From positions 6,483-70,482 of IMG/VR virus record IMGVR_UViG_3300036851_000339: 64,000 nucleotides of DNA, one strand, 5' to 3'. The position numbers and the translations under genes are program-made. This DNA is from a virus. The stretch's first letter is position 1; every line of letters begins with the position of its first letter. Under the pieces are notes generated by a model. It saw only the letters and a program-made list of their open reading frames with translations, was not told the origin of the DNA and made no database searches. Below are positions 22,201 to 30,772 of the stretch, in pieces.

Positions 22201-23575
22201 AGAACAGAGAGCACTGAGATTTAGGAATATTCCAGAGGAGGATCTCAAGTCAGCGATAGATGAGGCTCTCTACTTCACTCATGCCTATATGCCGAGAGCT
22301 GAGAATGGCCCATTGGAAGCGGCTGGAAGAATGATGATCCAGGCCCTCAATGTGACTCGTCCTGTTACTGGCCCTGCTCTTAACCTCTGGTTCGCCAAGG
22401 CTATGTTCAACTCAATGAAGTTCACTTGGGAGTATGTTCCTCTGATTCCTCTTCTGGGTGGAGGTGTGCCATCTCTTCTAGCTCTTCCATTGGGGATGAT
22501 TGGTCCAGCGAGTAGGATAATGTTCCCTCGAATCTTCACTCCAGTAAAAGGTGATCCTATTCCCATCAACCCAATCAGACCCAATGATTATAAGAGATTC
22601 GCAGCGGGCATTGTTGGCACCATCATGTACACGATGGCCAATGCTCTTCTCGATGCAGGGGGAGGGGGTGATGAGTGGTGGCAGATAGATACTGGGAGGA
22701 AGGGAAAGAAGGGGCAACCTTTATACGTGGATATCAGATCCGACATGCCCCTCGCTAATTGGTTTAGGGTTGCAGATCTGAACAGAAGAGTAAAGGATGG
22801 CAGGCTCAACGACCTCAAGTTCAGCCAAGAGATGCTCGAACTCTACACAGGTATGCAGAGAGGAGCTCCTGATATGGCTGAAGCTCTTGATGGACTGATG
22901 GAGATGTGGGCGGATGGAGATGAGCCAAGGGAGAGTGCTTATACTAATGTCGGGAGGAGATTCTCTTTTGTCACTAAACCCTTCGCAAATATAAGAAACT
23001 TATGGGCCATATTCTCTGAGGAGGAGAATAAAAGAAAAGATTTAAAGGGTACTAGATTTTTAGGCCCACTTATTGATAACCTACCATACTTCAGAAGGAG
23101 TTTGCCGGATGTTAACCCCCCGACTCAGGAACCTCCAGTTCTAGCATCCGAGTATCCAGCGACTCAGTGGGTCCCTGGAATTAAGTTGGTGGAGGGTGAG
23201 AGTTTTGCCGGTAGGGAGTGGAAGAGGATGGGCTTTTATAATCGGAGATTTCTACAACCCGATCCGAATCCACTTATCAATAGGGCGCAGAATGATTATT
23301 TCAGAAAGCAGATCACAGGTCTTGGAGACACACTTGAGAAGAGTGAGTATTATAAGTCTCTGGATGATTCTGGAAAGGCTGCTCTCTGGGAGTATTACAT
23401 ATCGGGTGATGGTGGGATAGCCTCAGAGGCGAGAGAGGCTGGAGCTCAGGCTGACTATCTTGAGCAGTACAAGAGGCAGTTGAGAGAAGAGGCAGGAGGA
23501 GAGCTCCAGAGGAAGGCATCTGGGATGGAGGAGAGGATCAGGAATATCAAAGCGCCATCGCCTGCAACGAAATGA
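16250..23575 (+). CDS. Large polyvalent ejection protein with HExxH motif and two ADP-ribosyltransferase-like (ART-PolyVal) domains
   Basis: 2441 aa; LYHGT...GPGFYMT...GYDGI...QVKSATGNIGAFDP, repeated as GYDGY...QIKSATGNIGAYDP; HESLH; glycine-rich hydrophobic N-terminal helices. Confidence 0.75.
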   Translation: MASEIPIVDPYEIEFDQDTDITYKDPVTGKRIAVRPPKPKAPDVYKKIGTELIEDIKKGIEVERPIKRALTRPQRKDIKIEPQFDTVVAPPYIDSSGKWAPSFESAYPGLTRGQSVMADALARPDEENEFQRKVTLAEFDREMQKKNAPGYVEQLGNRFARGYMSSGESMLKGVSLLNKESATDPTTQFLYETPQEKRATYQRLMPIDEYDNSLPMLAAQGLGSSVPFMMGGIAAGPLSTYSTALLGAASNAGSTYDDAIARGADDSSARYAAVVGAVIGLGEAAGIGRIKGSSKLPFQMNPLARVGQYALQTGQEGAEEWIQETASQILNNVNAKVISGYDPNRAIQEEVWENGLSGFLTGVLAGGASSGASRLALQADPQYQKLKAFDQEFKLYLNSPVDERIADLKTFTPSEVGDLPAAKPLDSASKRISFLNERIEYLKQKSGAAQASGDSQLAESINQRMVEMESEMSALQENRDLDMTFDLLPSLKSGQSPAMVVPNWVIAAAENRDYSPTLGVTVPTKLFGRTLGRVMQRSPSREHMEAVVDALWEIKNAASDEGLSSIALVSRDALTQGYSQVPSHESLHVGQIAAAEKAGIGESLWELHDKEWAKTNPFIQKVIASGKGSEVLTPGRAPEDLLAVELPVYVMTNEATRFFDTDEEGDDFVMDYFTHILHNRGVEALNEIERAHRALPGREEIIPQVRSIYESHIRELIDAGTVPREAGDRFLESFIAGRTSEVPPGIGSPRSRGVGGYKTADEEAQIGSLPASEPPRGIAPDLRESNLNRFLEKSSVKVPLYHGTSSPSEIVGIDPSKFAPNALYGPGFYMTQSSEIAAGDEGYATTTVDRYQQPVKMEGPFGDEIEVLESIGKPRAYQLYTNIQKPLNVEQVSDVELGKKLDQLVGFDYPVLQDGVTPDADNQEIYQLLTRYFGTKEEVNDWLQAQGYDGITHIGGITNSPKWFQSEEEARIYADQTGGDLLGPENIPFQATGPMGEPWMVKGHRVWIAFPNAQVKSATGNIGAFDPSNEELSAAIPPPLKTVSDPNEREDNLLEFLRDSQTFYKSGDPIKLYIPSIARTAPNVLNINDYVKNKYAGLELYQSPEAAEQDLETNYKYGTPTDSELEADPDFEAIYNQQLPFVIGDWKRQQGLLPSRKFDDPIPDYVMPYLEERARIKAFEILKNRYPNVPPGDVLPTNRSRQLQSFYANITNPFDLEKGFTPEEIERIREGMIKELAERRDKKQLVSSQNYEDIRFNVEDSALRILEEEAENEIDRVQVTGQRIFEEMGKYLTNSRGGPMWTSINRALQLAGYDGYKYLYQEGYPKEFNSLKEARDYADKVGGILREEGGFIVGPDRWITYEVVDPTTGQKSINRRLDPHVSVGPTVYGSTVWGIWNRSQIKSATGNIGAYDPSNEELSASTLPPLKVGDKVKKKILSGVGKEVGEITSLGQDEDGEFAVVTFPSGSEEIYLDRLVKDVPKTPSPSTPPSKTPPAPPTKVALVGDKVKLKDVPDPVEVKYRAIDGIVVVMPDGTVKPFDFKDIEFVAEHGATKPRSAAPRYTIRQKAILDSPIIEEVNPSQQSLPGIEAPKRVQAVPELEKPAQPRLPGVEESPILFQRHITPEVVRAVTEGFKALLDAGAIKRDPTQRVFLQVYDAVMTGKINPRKFSDLLDENNLSIEDFASELEETASEAGRILGEFSRLSRYTVKFMRENPDLAKKVIPNKVMMDAILREIETDVLGRNFLDRASGLGVGLILSDQFIAIRNIVTTLKRIPILGGTHAIAAWVKYVNEGSPKGMNYPDTIAEANHQALMAFEPMAEVLAHMTPPQLRRFLNFKGMGESEKYTEAIIQLSKHFPHLEKELAVPGFGPDKKSDDAMVEMEGNVETARQILNDMRIDIKDRDRLERRFKIAERRLESNTKGIGRVLRGIEWPIQQMMRPANFAEKFFRHPVFYGHLAMTMKEKGWDLADAIRFEKGQEKDLTTEQRALRFRNIPEEDLKSAIDEALYFTHAYMPRAENGPLEAAGRMMIQALNVTRPVTGPALNLWFAKAMFNSMKFTWEYVPLIPLLGGGVPSLLALPLGMIGPASRIMFPRIFTPVKGDPIPINPIRPNDYKRFAAGIVGTIMYTMANALLDAGGGGDEWWQIDTGRKGKKGQPLYVDIRSDMPLANWFRVADLNRRVKDGRLNDLKFSQEMLELYTGMQRGAPDMAEALDGLMEMWADGDEPRESAYTNVGRRFSFVTKPFANIRNLWAIFSEEENKRKDLKGTRFLGPLIDNLPYFRRSLPDVNPPTQEPPVLASEYPATQWVPGIKLVEGESFAGREWKRMGFYNRRFLQPDPNPLINRAQNDYFRKQITGLGDTLEKSEYYKSLDDSGKAALWEYYISGDGGIASEAREAGAQADYLEQYKRQLREEAGGELQRKASGMEERIRNIKAPSPATK

Positions 23576-23576
23576 T

Positions 23577-24125
23577 TTATGTTACTGATTGCCATCTTAC
23601 TCCAGTTTTTATAAAATATATAGTTGTCGGGGATAGCCCAAGTAAGTTCGCAATAGAATGACTTGTTACACCTTTTCGTAACATGCTACGAATTATCCTT
23701 ACTTGTTTTGAGGTAAGTTTAGCTGAGGAAGATCTTTCACCACTGGTATCAGTAAGACCAGTCTCCCGCGCGTGTTTGTTGTTTTCAGCTAAGGTTATCC
23801 ATTCAAGATTTTCGGCACGATTATCAGTTTTGCGCCCATTTATATGGTTGATGCAAAGCCCATCTTTATAGCCTGGAACAAAGGCCCATCCAACAAGACG
23901 ATGGATAAAGATCTTTCTTCTTTTTCTATTGATTACAGGATGAATATACCAGTATCCTTCTTTAGACTTGACTGGAGAGTATTCTTTGGATGGATATGCC
24001 TGTCTATATGGAGTTTGTTTCTTTCTATTTACTATTATGGAAAAAGCTTTTCGTCTAACTTTGCCGTCACTCGTTACTTGAAGATAATCTTCGTAGCTGG
24101 GTACATCTTTCCAATCGTTTCTCAT
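23577..24125 (-). CDS. NUMOD4-HNH homing endonuclease
   Basis: WKDVPSYE.Y.QVTSDGKVR (NUMOD4); IHRLV..AF; INHINGRKTDNRAENLEW...N..H; C-terminal HTH; AAGGA RBS before 24125. Confidence 0.9.
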   Translation of the reverse strand: MRNDWKDVPSYEDYLQVTSDGKVRRKAFSIIVNRKKQTPYRQAYPSKEYSPVKSKEGYWYIHPVINRKRRKIFIHRLVGWAFVPGYKDGLCINHINGRKTDNRAENLEWITLAENNKHARETGLTDTSGERSSSAKLTSKQVRIIRSMLRKGVTSHSIANLLGLSPTTIYFIKTGVRWQSVT

Positions 24126-24191
24126 GCAAATTCCTTTCAACAAATTGGTCATAATATTAGTAATATGAGTAACAATATCACAAGGACACAT

Positions 24192-24668
24192 ATGATTACA
24201 AGTAGCACAGGCATAGAACTTATAAGGCGATTTGAGGGTCTACGTAAAGATGTTTATCGCTGTTCAGCAAATGTCCTAACTGTGGGTTGGGGCCATGCCC
24301 TAACAACAAAAGAAAAGAACATCTACAAGTTCGGACATGAAGTAGCCCAAATTCAGATAGATAAGTGGTTCAGCGAGGATGTAGCGAAGGCTGAGAAGAT
24401 TGTGAACAACTGGGTCGCAGTCCCACTCACTCAAGGACAGTTCGATGCGCTTGTCTCTTTTGTGTTTAATCTAGGAGCGGACAACTTTAAGCGATCTACT
24501 CTGCTGAAAGAGTTGAATAAGGGCAATCACCTAGAAGCGGCTGAGGAACTTCTCCGCTGGAATAAAACGCGGTCAAAGGGTCGTATGCGGATACTTCCAG
24601 GTCTTGTGGCTAGGAGGAAAGCGGAGCAGAACTTATTCCTTGGGGAAATAGCTCCAGTTGTTGCTTAG
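24192..24668 (+). CDS. Endolysin, GH24 lysozyme
   Basis: GIELIRRFEGLR..Y.C..VLTVGWGH; QGQFDALVSFVFNLG; GLVARRKAE. Confidence 0.92.
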   Translation: MITSSTGIELIRRFEGLRKDVYRCSANVLTVGWGHALTTKEKNIYKFGHEVAQIQIDKWFSEDVAKAEKIVNNWVAVPLTQGQFDALVSFVFNLGADNFKRSTLLKELNKGNHLEAAEELLRWNKTRSKGRMRILPGLVARRKAEQNLFLGEIAPVVA

Positions 24669-24969
24669 TGACTGCTCTAAATGCCCTTCTTGACTTTAGG
24701 ACGTTGAGATTTTCATGGATGTCACATAGTTTTAAGATGCGTCCCTCCAATGTCCAATAATCGTTTATACATTTATCGCAAGCCAAATCCAGCACCCTCA
24801 CTTGTACAGCCTCGCCAGGGAGAGGGTCTTCTGGAGAAGGTGGCTCGATGATTGTCATGATTACATATTCGTTTATCATATAACTCCAAATAATATCTGG
24901 ATTAATATTGCAGTTAACATGATGCAGCCTATTCCTACTATAGTTAGAATGAATATTCTTTTTTCTGTC

Positions 24970-25296
24970 TCAGTCATCTCTCCTCCTTGATGCTTCTTCT
25001 GAGAAGCCTTGTGGGTATCTAGCTCTCAATTTCTGGATGTTATATTCTAGTATATCATTCAGATCTATCATATTGAGAGTAGCTATTGCGCTCAGATACC
25101 AGATACAATCACCGATTTCAGCTTTTAGCTTTAGTTCATCTAAGTCATGCCCATGAAATACATGTTTCTTAATTGGTTCAAGAATCTCTCCAACCTCTCC
25201 ACCTAAGCCTATAGCATAGTTGAGAAGTTCCATGTGATGTTCCATAGTGTCGTTCATGGTTTGAGATGCGAGATTTTGGTATTCACTTGGGGTCAT
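24970..25296 (-). CDS. MazG-like nucleotide pyrophosphohydrolase
   Basis: GLGGEVGEI...KK..F; AEIGDCIWYL; NIQKLRARYP. Confidence 0.88.
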   Translation of the reverse strand: MTPSEYQNLASQTMNDTMEHHMELLNYAIGLGGEVGEILEPIKKHVFHGHDLDELKLKAEIGDCIWYLSAIATLNMIDLNDILEYNIQKLRARYPQGFSEEASRRRDD

Positions 25297-25658
25297 TTTT
25301 CAAACTCCTTCTTTAACTGTTCATACTGTCTAAGTCTTAAATCTTTTAGTCTTCGTGTCTCATTCTCCTTTTTCCCTTTCTCAACTCTCTGCCTCTCCTC
25401 TTCTTGCTTTATCTTGTGTGCAATGAGAAAGGCCCTAAAAGATTCATTATCCATCTCTAGCCAGTCAAGTGGGATACTATAGCTCTCAGTTCCACAACAT
25501 CCGCTGCTACAAGCAGCACACTCAAATGTTGCTCCTTCATCAACAGAAATTCCAGTTGACCATCCTCGACCATATGGATGACCAAGAATTTCTTTTGCAA
25601 TTTGGGCATGACATTCGACAATGTATTCTAACTCTTGCACTATCGCACGAATGTTCAT
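25293..25658 (-). CDS. Hypothetical protein
   Basis: Coupled ORF; Cys cluster and charged C-terminus. Confidence 0.55.
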   Translation of the reverse strand: MNIRAIVQELEYIVECHAQIAKEILGHPYGRGWSTGISVDEGATFECAACSSGCCGTESYSIPLDWLEMDNESFRAFLIAHKIKQEEERQRVEKGKKENETRRLKDLRLRQYEQLKKEFEK

Positions 25659-25849
25659 AACTCAATAACCTCGCTCTCCGATCTTCCCTCAATTATGCTA
25701 TCGAGCGCCATTGATAGTTTTTCCAGACTATTAATATCAGTCCAAGCATGAGTGGCAATATGATTCTCGCCTTCTCCATCTGTTATAAATACCCAAAACT
25801 CATTTGGATCGTTTAGACTGTCACTTTTCTCAATCTCAACCTTCATCAC
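25655..25849 (-). CDS. Hypothetical protein
   Basis: Overlapping operon ORF with GGAGG RBS. Confidence 0.5.
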   Translation of the reverse strand: MMKVEIEKSDSLNDPNEFWVFITDGEGENHIATHAWTDINSLEKLSMALDSIIEGRSESEVIEL

Positions 25850-26023
25850 CCTCCTCCTTCTCGTTCTCCATTAGGATTCTTCTGATTGCTGCTTTTATCT
25901 CTTTATCTTTATACAATCCTTTTATCTTATTATACCTATTAAAGGCTACACTTCTCTCAATCAGACCTTCATCCATTAGCTTCTCAACAATCCACCACGC
26001 GAAGTCTTCATTGTCTTTTGGTA

Positions 26024-26209
26024 TCATCGTGTCTCCATTACTACACACTCAGCTCCACCAATCTGGATAGCGTGACATAATTCTGTGAATTTCTTAAACT
26101 CCCTTTCAGTAAAGGTGAAGCAGAAATATTCTTCGTCGTTGTTATTGGGCGTTATCTCAAGTCGGATATCGCCATCATGTTCTTTAGACAGCTCTATATA
26201 ATCATTCAA
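26024..26209 (-). CDS. Hypothetical protein
   Basis: Coupled ORF with GGAGG RBS. Confidence 0.45.
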   Translation of the reverse strand: MNDYIELSKEHDGDIRLEITPNNNDEEYFCFTFTEREFKKFTELCHAIQIGGAECVVMETR

Positions 26210-26643
26210 GATATTACCTCCTTTATCAATTCACATATTAAGTAACCTAAGATTGAAGCAACTATTATAAATCTCCACTCTACTGGGACCTTTTTAGGTT
26301 TCGATCTTTCTCTCTCCATCTCAGAATGGAACTTATAAAAACTATCTTCCTTCATCGTGTATGGTTTATAGTCTCCATCTCTAAAATCCATTGGGAGTGT
26401 CGTATCAAGACCGAATAGATCATCATGTATAAAAGTTCTACTGGCCTGCTGTTGGAGGAGTGCGTAGTGAGCTGTTTCTCTCTGTCGATTCTGGGCCTGG
26501 GCCAGTTGTTGGCCTGTTGCGGTTTTATATTGTTGACACTGTTGCTGTAGAAGCTCGCCACGATTGACCTGTAATAGGAAATCGCCTAAAGATTGTGGAG
26601 CGTCTTGGAAGAATGAGTTAGGCAGTGGTTTTACGTTTCCCAT
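26206..26643 (-). CDS. Gln-rich protein with C-terminal transmembrane helix
   Basis: ATG overlaps the polymerase stop (TAATG); FIIVASILGYLI segment. Confidence 0.55.
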   Translation of the reverse strand: MGNVKPLPNSFFQDAPQSLGDFLLQVNRGELLQQQCQQYKTATGQQLAQAQNRQRETAHYALLQQQASRTFIHDDLFGLDTTLPMDFRDGDYKPYTMKEDSFYKFHSEMERERSKPKKVPVEWRFIIVASILGYLICELIKEVIS

Positions 26644-29576
26644 TAGAACTTTATCTCCTCCATTTCTGCCATCGAATCTCCGATAGATACATCTACTGAA
26701 CACGAAAAACCCGAAGGACATAACATGGGATTGGCTAACTCCATGACAGGAGATTCCAGATGTCTTTTTATATTCTCTATACACTCATCAGCTAATTCTT
26801 TTGGAGGATGAAGAATCCAGGCATCATGCGGAAAAAGTATTAGTTCGTATTTTTCTAGCCATCCCCACTCAGCGGCTTCACGCATCTTCTTTCTAAATAG
26901 GCCATGCGCATTCGAAGCTGGAAGATATGCTAAAGCTTTCTCTGAGTCTTGCCCTTTCGTTTTGTACCAACGTCCATCTTCAGCTCTGCGCCATGTCCAG
27001 CAATCCCATAGCCACCTTCTGAATCCCCATGCGTTTTGTAGGTACGGGACGCGACCTCCTCCTATATCTAGAGACTTAAGAAGATTCTCTTGCCAAGCCA
27101 CAGTGGCAGGATAGATTCTACCCAGCATCTTATGCATCTGCTTTGCCTGCTCTAAGCTATCGAAGAACTCTTCGTTCTCGTAGTAAAGACGATTGGGAGA
27201 TTCGCCAAAGTTAAAGCCGTGATTCAAGGGCTTTGCTTGTTCATCTCTGATCTTCTTATGTTTCTTTTTGATCTCTTCTAGGTATAGCTTGAGATCTGAG
27301 TCACTCATATCAAGAGCTTTTTCAATCCCTGGATATTTGACAAGCCAACCCGCCACATAACTATGTGGATCAATCTTTGCTGTCCGCCATTTACGCTCAT
27401 CATTTGCCAAGACCGCAGTTGTCAGATCATGAAATGCCTTAAAATCCGCCTCTATAATCACATGCCCAGGTTCTGCCGCTACACATCTACGGAAGCGATC
27501 AGCTAACTCCTTTCTTCTTTTTGGAAGAGTGAACACATTGGGAGCCTTACTGGAATACTGTAGAGTTGAATTGGTATGGGCTCCTGTTCTCAATCTCCCA
27601 TCAGCATCGGGAATCCATCCACCCTTGATCACTCCATCCTCTCCCCTCTTCCCAGCGTAACTATCCCTCATCTTCTCAAGAGCCCTGATCTCCCTGCTGA
27701 GTTTGATGACTGGATCTTTCGTCTTCTCTTCTAGCCTCCTCATCACTTTATCCGCAGTGGTCTCTTTCCCCTCTCGGAAGGTCTTCGGCACCTCCATCTT
27801 CATGAACTTGAGATACTCGATCATCTGCTTGCTGCTTCGAGGGTTGAAGGGGACGAATCTGAATAGCCTCTTCCCGTCTTGAGTGACACGGATATCAGGG
27901 AAGTTGCTCAACACGTCATCAAGAGTACCATTTAGCTCTTTACCAAGTAACATATCATACACCTGAGTTACTTTTAAGTTACTCTTTTTATACTTTATGT
28001 TACCCTCTTTATCCAATTTAGGATTCCCATCTTTATCAACCTGTGGGATGGGATCGAATAGCGTTGGATGCTTCTCATAGACGAATGGCTTTATCTCTCC
28101 TGGCAGATTGCTGAATCCTTTGGGAGGATCCATCTTGTGGAGTTCAGGTGGGACTATTGAGATGATCTCTTTCACCTTTGCAGTCACTTCTACTTCGAGC
28201 CATTCTCTCAAGTCATCTAGTCTCTCTTTGTTGATCGGAATGCCTCTTCTCTCCCAAGGGATCTCACTCTTCTCTCGCTGCTCTCTGATATAGCGTTGAT
28301 AGCCATCCCACATTCCGAGTTTATCCATCTCGTTTGGGAGTTTGGAGGCTATACGGATAAGAGAGCAGACATCACAAATTCCATAGAACTCAGCGTCAGT
28401 TCCAGAGAAATGCTTCCAGGGAAAAGACCATCCATAATCAACCGCGACCTGTTGAAGTTTGGCTGGGAGATCTGGCTGGAGAGCTTTTCTCATTGAGAGA
28501 GAATCATATTTTTCTCCATTGATTCTGATCCCCTCCTGTTCCAGGCGAGGTTGATCGAAGTGGTCTCCATTGTGAGCTATCTTTGGGTTGGGCGTTGCAA
28601 GAATCTTCTGAGCCAATTCCCTGATTTTGGGGTCCCTCCAGTCTCCATAGATCCCCCAAGTGTCTGAGATGGCAAACTGGATTGATATAATTCCAAGATC
28701 TTCACTGAAAGGCTGTCCACTGCTGTCAATAACTCTGCTCTCGTCACTGGGGAGTTCATCATATCTTCCTGATACCATGTCTCCACCATCTTCTTCATCC
28801 TCTCCAGCGCATTCTCCATCAGTTGTTCTTTCGACAAGTTCATCCTCATCTCCTTTTTGTGAGTATGGTGTCTCTATGTCATACGCGATCCACGCATCCG
28901 ACTCAGCCTCTACTTCTGCGAGGAAGTCCTCGAACGCCTTGACTCCCTCTCTGCACTCGATCTCCTCCTTCGGGTTGATGGTGTAGGTGATGCGCCCTGC
29001 TGCTGCTGATCGAGCGGTGTTGATGTCTTTGATGAGGGTTCCGATGAGGGCTGTGTGTTTTCGTGTAATGAAACTAGGGTGGAAAGTTGGCACGACAGGA
29101 ATTCCATTTGGGCCGGATAGCACAAACCCTCGAAGGTAACTAATAGAAGCCCGGTCTCCCAGTCTTCCCGTAAGTTCTCTAAGAGGGATGGAACCAAGAG
29201 CAAGAATTGCTCTGGGCTTAAGTTCGGCGATAGCTCGATTGAGATATTGACTGCAATGATTGATTGACTCTCGTTCATATGGGGCTCCTGATAGGTAGTT
29301 GTTAGGTGGGCGACATCTTATGATGTTAGTGATCCAGAAGTCTTCTCTGGTATAGCCCGCAGTTCTTATAGCTTTTTCTAGAATAGATCCTGCTGGCGCG
29401 TGTGGTCGAAATGGAAGAGAGTCTTCATTTTCGTGGGCTCCGCTCGCCTCACCAATCATCAAAACTCCAGACCTTCCCTTACCCTCTATTTTAGTGAGTC
29501 TAGATAGATGACTAACGCCATGATCATATAAAGGGCAGCCAATACACGTATCTGGTAATAACTTAAGAGGACCCAT
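26643..29576 (-). CDS. polA: Family A DNA polymerase with N-terminal family-4 uracil-DNA glycosylase-like domain and 3'-5' exonuclease
   Basis: CxxC/GEASG/TNIIRCRPPNN/HPS UDG motifs; DIET, HNGDHFD and YGICD exonuclease motifs; polymerase motifs A, B and C. Confidence 0.92.
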   Translation of the reverse strand: MGPLKLLPDTCIGCPLYDHGVSHLSRLTKIEGKGRSGVLMIGEASGAHENEDSLPFRPHAPAGSILEKAIRTAGYTREDFWITNIIRCRPPNNYLSGAPYERESINHCSQYLNRAIAELKPRAILALGSIPLRELTGRLGDRASISYLRGFVLSGPNGIPVVPTFHPSFITRKHTALIGTLIKDINTARSAAAGRITYTINPKEEIECREGVKAFEDFLAEVEAESDAWIAYDIETPYSQKGDEDELVERTTDGECAGEDEEDGGDMVSGRYDELPSDESRVIDSSGQPFSEDLGIISIQFAISDTWGIYGDWRDPKIRELAQKILATPNPKIAHNGDHFDQPRLEQEGIRINGEKYDSLSMRKALQPDLPAKLQQVAVDYGWSFPWKHFSGTDAEFYGICDVCSLIRIASKLPNEMDKLGMWDGYQRYIREQREKSEIPWERRGIPINKERLDDLREWLEVEVTAKVKEIISIVPPELHKMDPPKGFSNLPGEIKPFVYEKHPTLFDPIPQVDKDGNPKLDKEGNIKYKKSNLKVTQVYDMLLGKELNGTLDDVLSNFPDIRVTQDGKRLFRFVPFNPRSSKQMIEYLKFMKMEVPKTFREGKETTADKVMRRLEEKTKDPVIKLSREIRALEKMRDSYAGKRGEDGVIKGGWIPDADGRLRTGAHTNSTLQYSSKAPNVFTLPKRRKELADRFRRCVAAEPGHVIIEADFKAFHDLTTAVLANDERKWRTAKIDPHSYVAGWLVKYPGIEKALDMSDSDLKLYLEEIKKKHKKIRDEQAKPLNHGFNFGESPNRLYYENEEFFDSLEQAKQMHKMLGRIYPATVAWQENLLKSLDIGGGRVPYLQNAWGFRRWLWDCWTWRRAEDGRWYKTKGQDSEKALAYLPASNAHGLFRKKMREAAEWGWLEKYELILFPHDAWILHPPKELADECIENIKRHLESPVMELANPMLCPSGFSCSVDVSIGDSMAEMEEIKF

Positions 29577-29691
29577 TATAATTCCTCCTTACTTCTTTTT
29601 TAATGCATTAAATATTAAACCTATAATGGCTAGAAATATAACAATCGCCACAAAAGCGGCTGCTTTGTCTGTTATATATGCAACATTGGGG

Positions 29692-29958
29692 TCAACCATG
29701 CTGTCTCTTCTTCTCCAGGTAGAGTCTGTCTTGAAGTGAGAATCCCAGGAAGGCCCAGAGTTTGTTGATCGCATCCTCTCTTGCAATCTTTCTTCCTATC
29801 TCATGATCATAGTTGGCAGGATCTACACAGGCTGAACTTCCTAATATCTCGAAACCATTATGGAGAACTAGTACAACCACTGCTGTTTTATGCCCCACCT
29901 TATAGTGGCCTTCTTCAGCTATGGCTGCTTCTATGTCTTCAATTGTAACGGAATTCAT
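29692..29958 (-). CDS. N4 gp49 / Sf6 gp66-family protein (candidate Acb4-like nucleotide sponge)
   Basis: LHNGFEILGSSACVDPANYDHEIGRKIAREDAINKLWAFLGF is the characteristic family pattern. Confidence 0.8.
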   Translation of the reverse strand: MNSVTIEDIEAAIAEEGHYKVGHKTAVVVLVLHNGFEILGSSACVDPANYDHEIGRKIAREDAINKLWAFLGFSLQDRLYLEKKRQHG

Positions 29959-29966
29959 TAGTCTCC

Positions 29967-30515
29967 TTAGTTATTTCTACTTTTAAATTGCCTAACTTCA
30001 CCTTCAACTATTACATCGAAGTAGTTCACTTGTCTGTCAGTTATCAGTTCTGGTGAATTAGTTACCAAGTCATACATCTCAGTAATATATTTTAAAGGAC
30101 TTTTCATTCCGTTCTGGGTTTCCACTTCATACTCTAATGGCGGCAATGTATATCCTTGGTCCATAATTTCTTGTATTCTATTTAGTTGAATTCTTGTTCT
30201 CTGAACTGCCGTAAGAGTTATTGATTTAGGCTCCGCTTTTAGTAGACTTCCCAGATGACTAAGATTGATTGAGTTAGCTCTATCCACCAATGTATTACTG
30301 GCATCATCGTCTATTGAAATATTTCTACCTTCTAGTACACTTAGTATTTCTTCTGTTATTCCATCTTCAGTCTTTTCGGCTTCCTTAAATACATCACTAA
30401 CTACATTATTTAAAAGCTGCCTTACTACATCTGATGTTGTACCTCCGGTTTTCATATGTTGAATATGAGTTCTTATCGGACCCTCTGCTCTATCCTCTGC
30501 GCTTAACTTTGGCAT
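29967..30515 (-). CDS. Hypothetical protein
   Basis: 182-aa ORF with GAGG RBS. Confidence 0.6.
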   Translation of the reverse strand: MPKLSAEDRAEGPIRTHIQHMKTGGTTSDVVRQLLNNVVSDVFKEAEKTEDGITEEILSVLEGRNISIDDDASNTLVDRANSINLSHLGSLLKAEPKSITLTAVQRTRIQLNRIQEIMDQGYTLPPLEYEVETQNGMKSPLKYITEMYDLVTNSPELITDRQVNYFDVIVEGEVRQFKSRNN

Positions 30516-30771
30516 TCTTTACCTCTTTTCTTAACTTCTCTTTTCTCTTCTGCAAAATGGAAATCACTGCGTGACAATCTCTACAAAGAGTTGTTAGATC
30601 TTCCAGCGGCTCCTTTCCATACCCATACATATTACAATTCTTATAATGTCTATGATGTACTTGCAGATTCCATGTTGAGTCACAAGTCCTACATTCATAG
30701 TTATCTCTTTGAAGAGCCAACTTTCTCTTGGCTTTCCATAGATCAGACTTAATGTAGGACTTGTAATCCAG
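30490..30771 (-). CDS. Small HNH endonuclease (CxxC..HH..CxxCH)
   Basis: YIKSDLWKAKRK.ALQRDNYECRTC...VHHRHY...LTTLCRDCH; probable CTG start at 30771. Confidence 0.8.
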   Translation of the reverse strand: MDYKSYIKSDLWKAKRKLALQRDNYECRTCDSTWNLQVHHRHYKNCNMYGYGKEPLEDLTTLCRDCHAVISILQKRKEKLRKEVKNAKVKRRG

Positions 30772-30772
30772 A

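Noticed and set aside
23844-24191. N-terminal extension of the endolysin in the ORF track
   Set aside because: It overlaps the antisense HNH gene; the lysozyme domain and an AAGGA RBS begin at 24192
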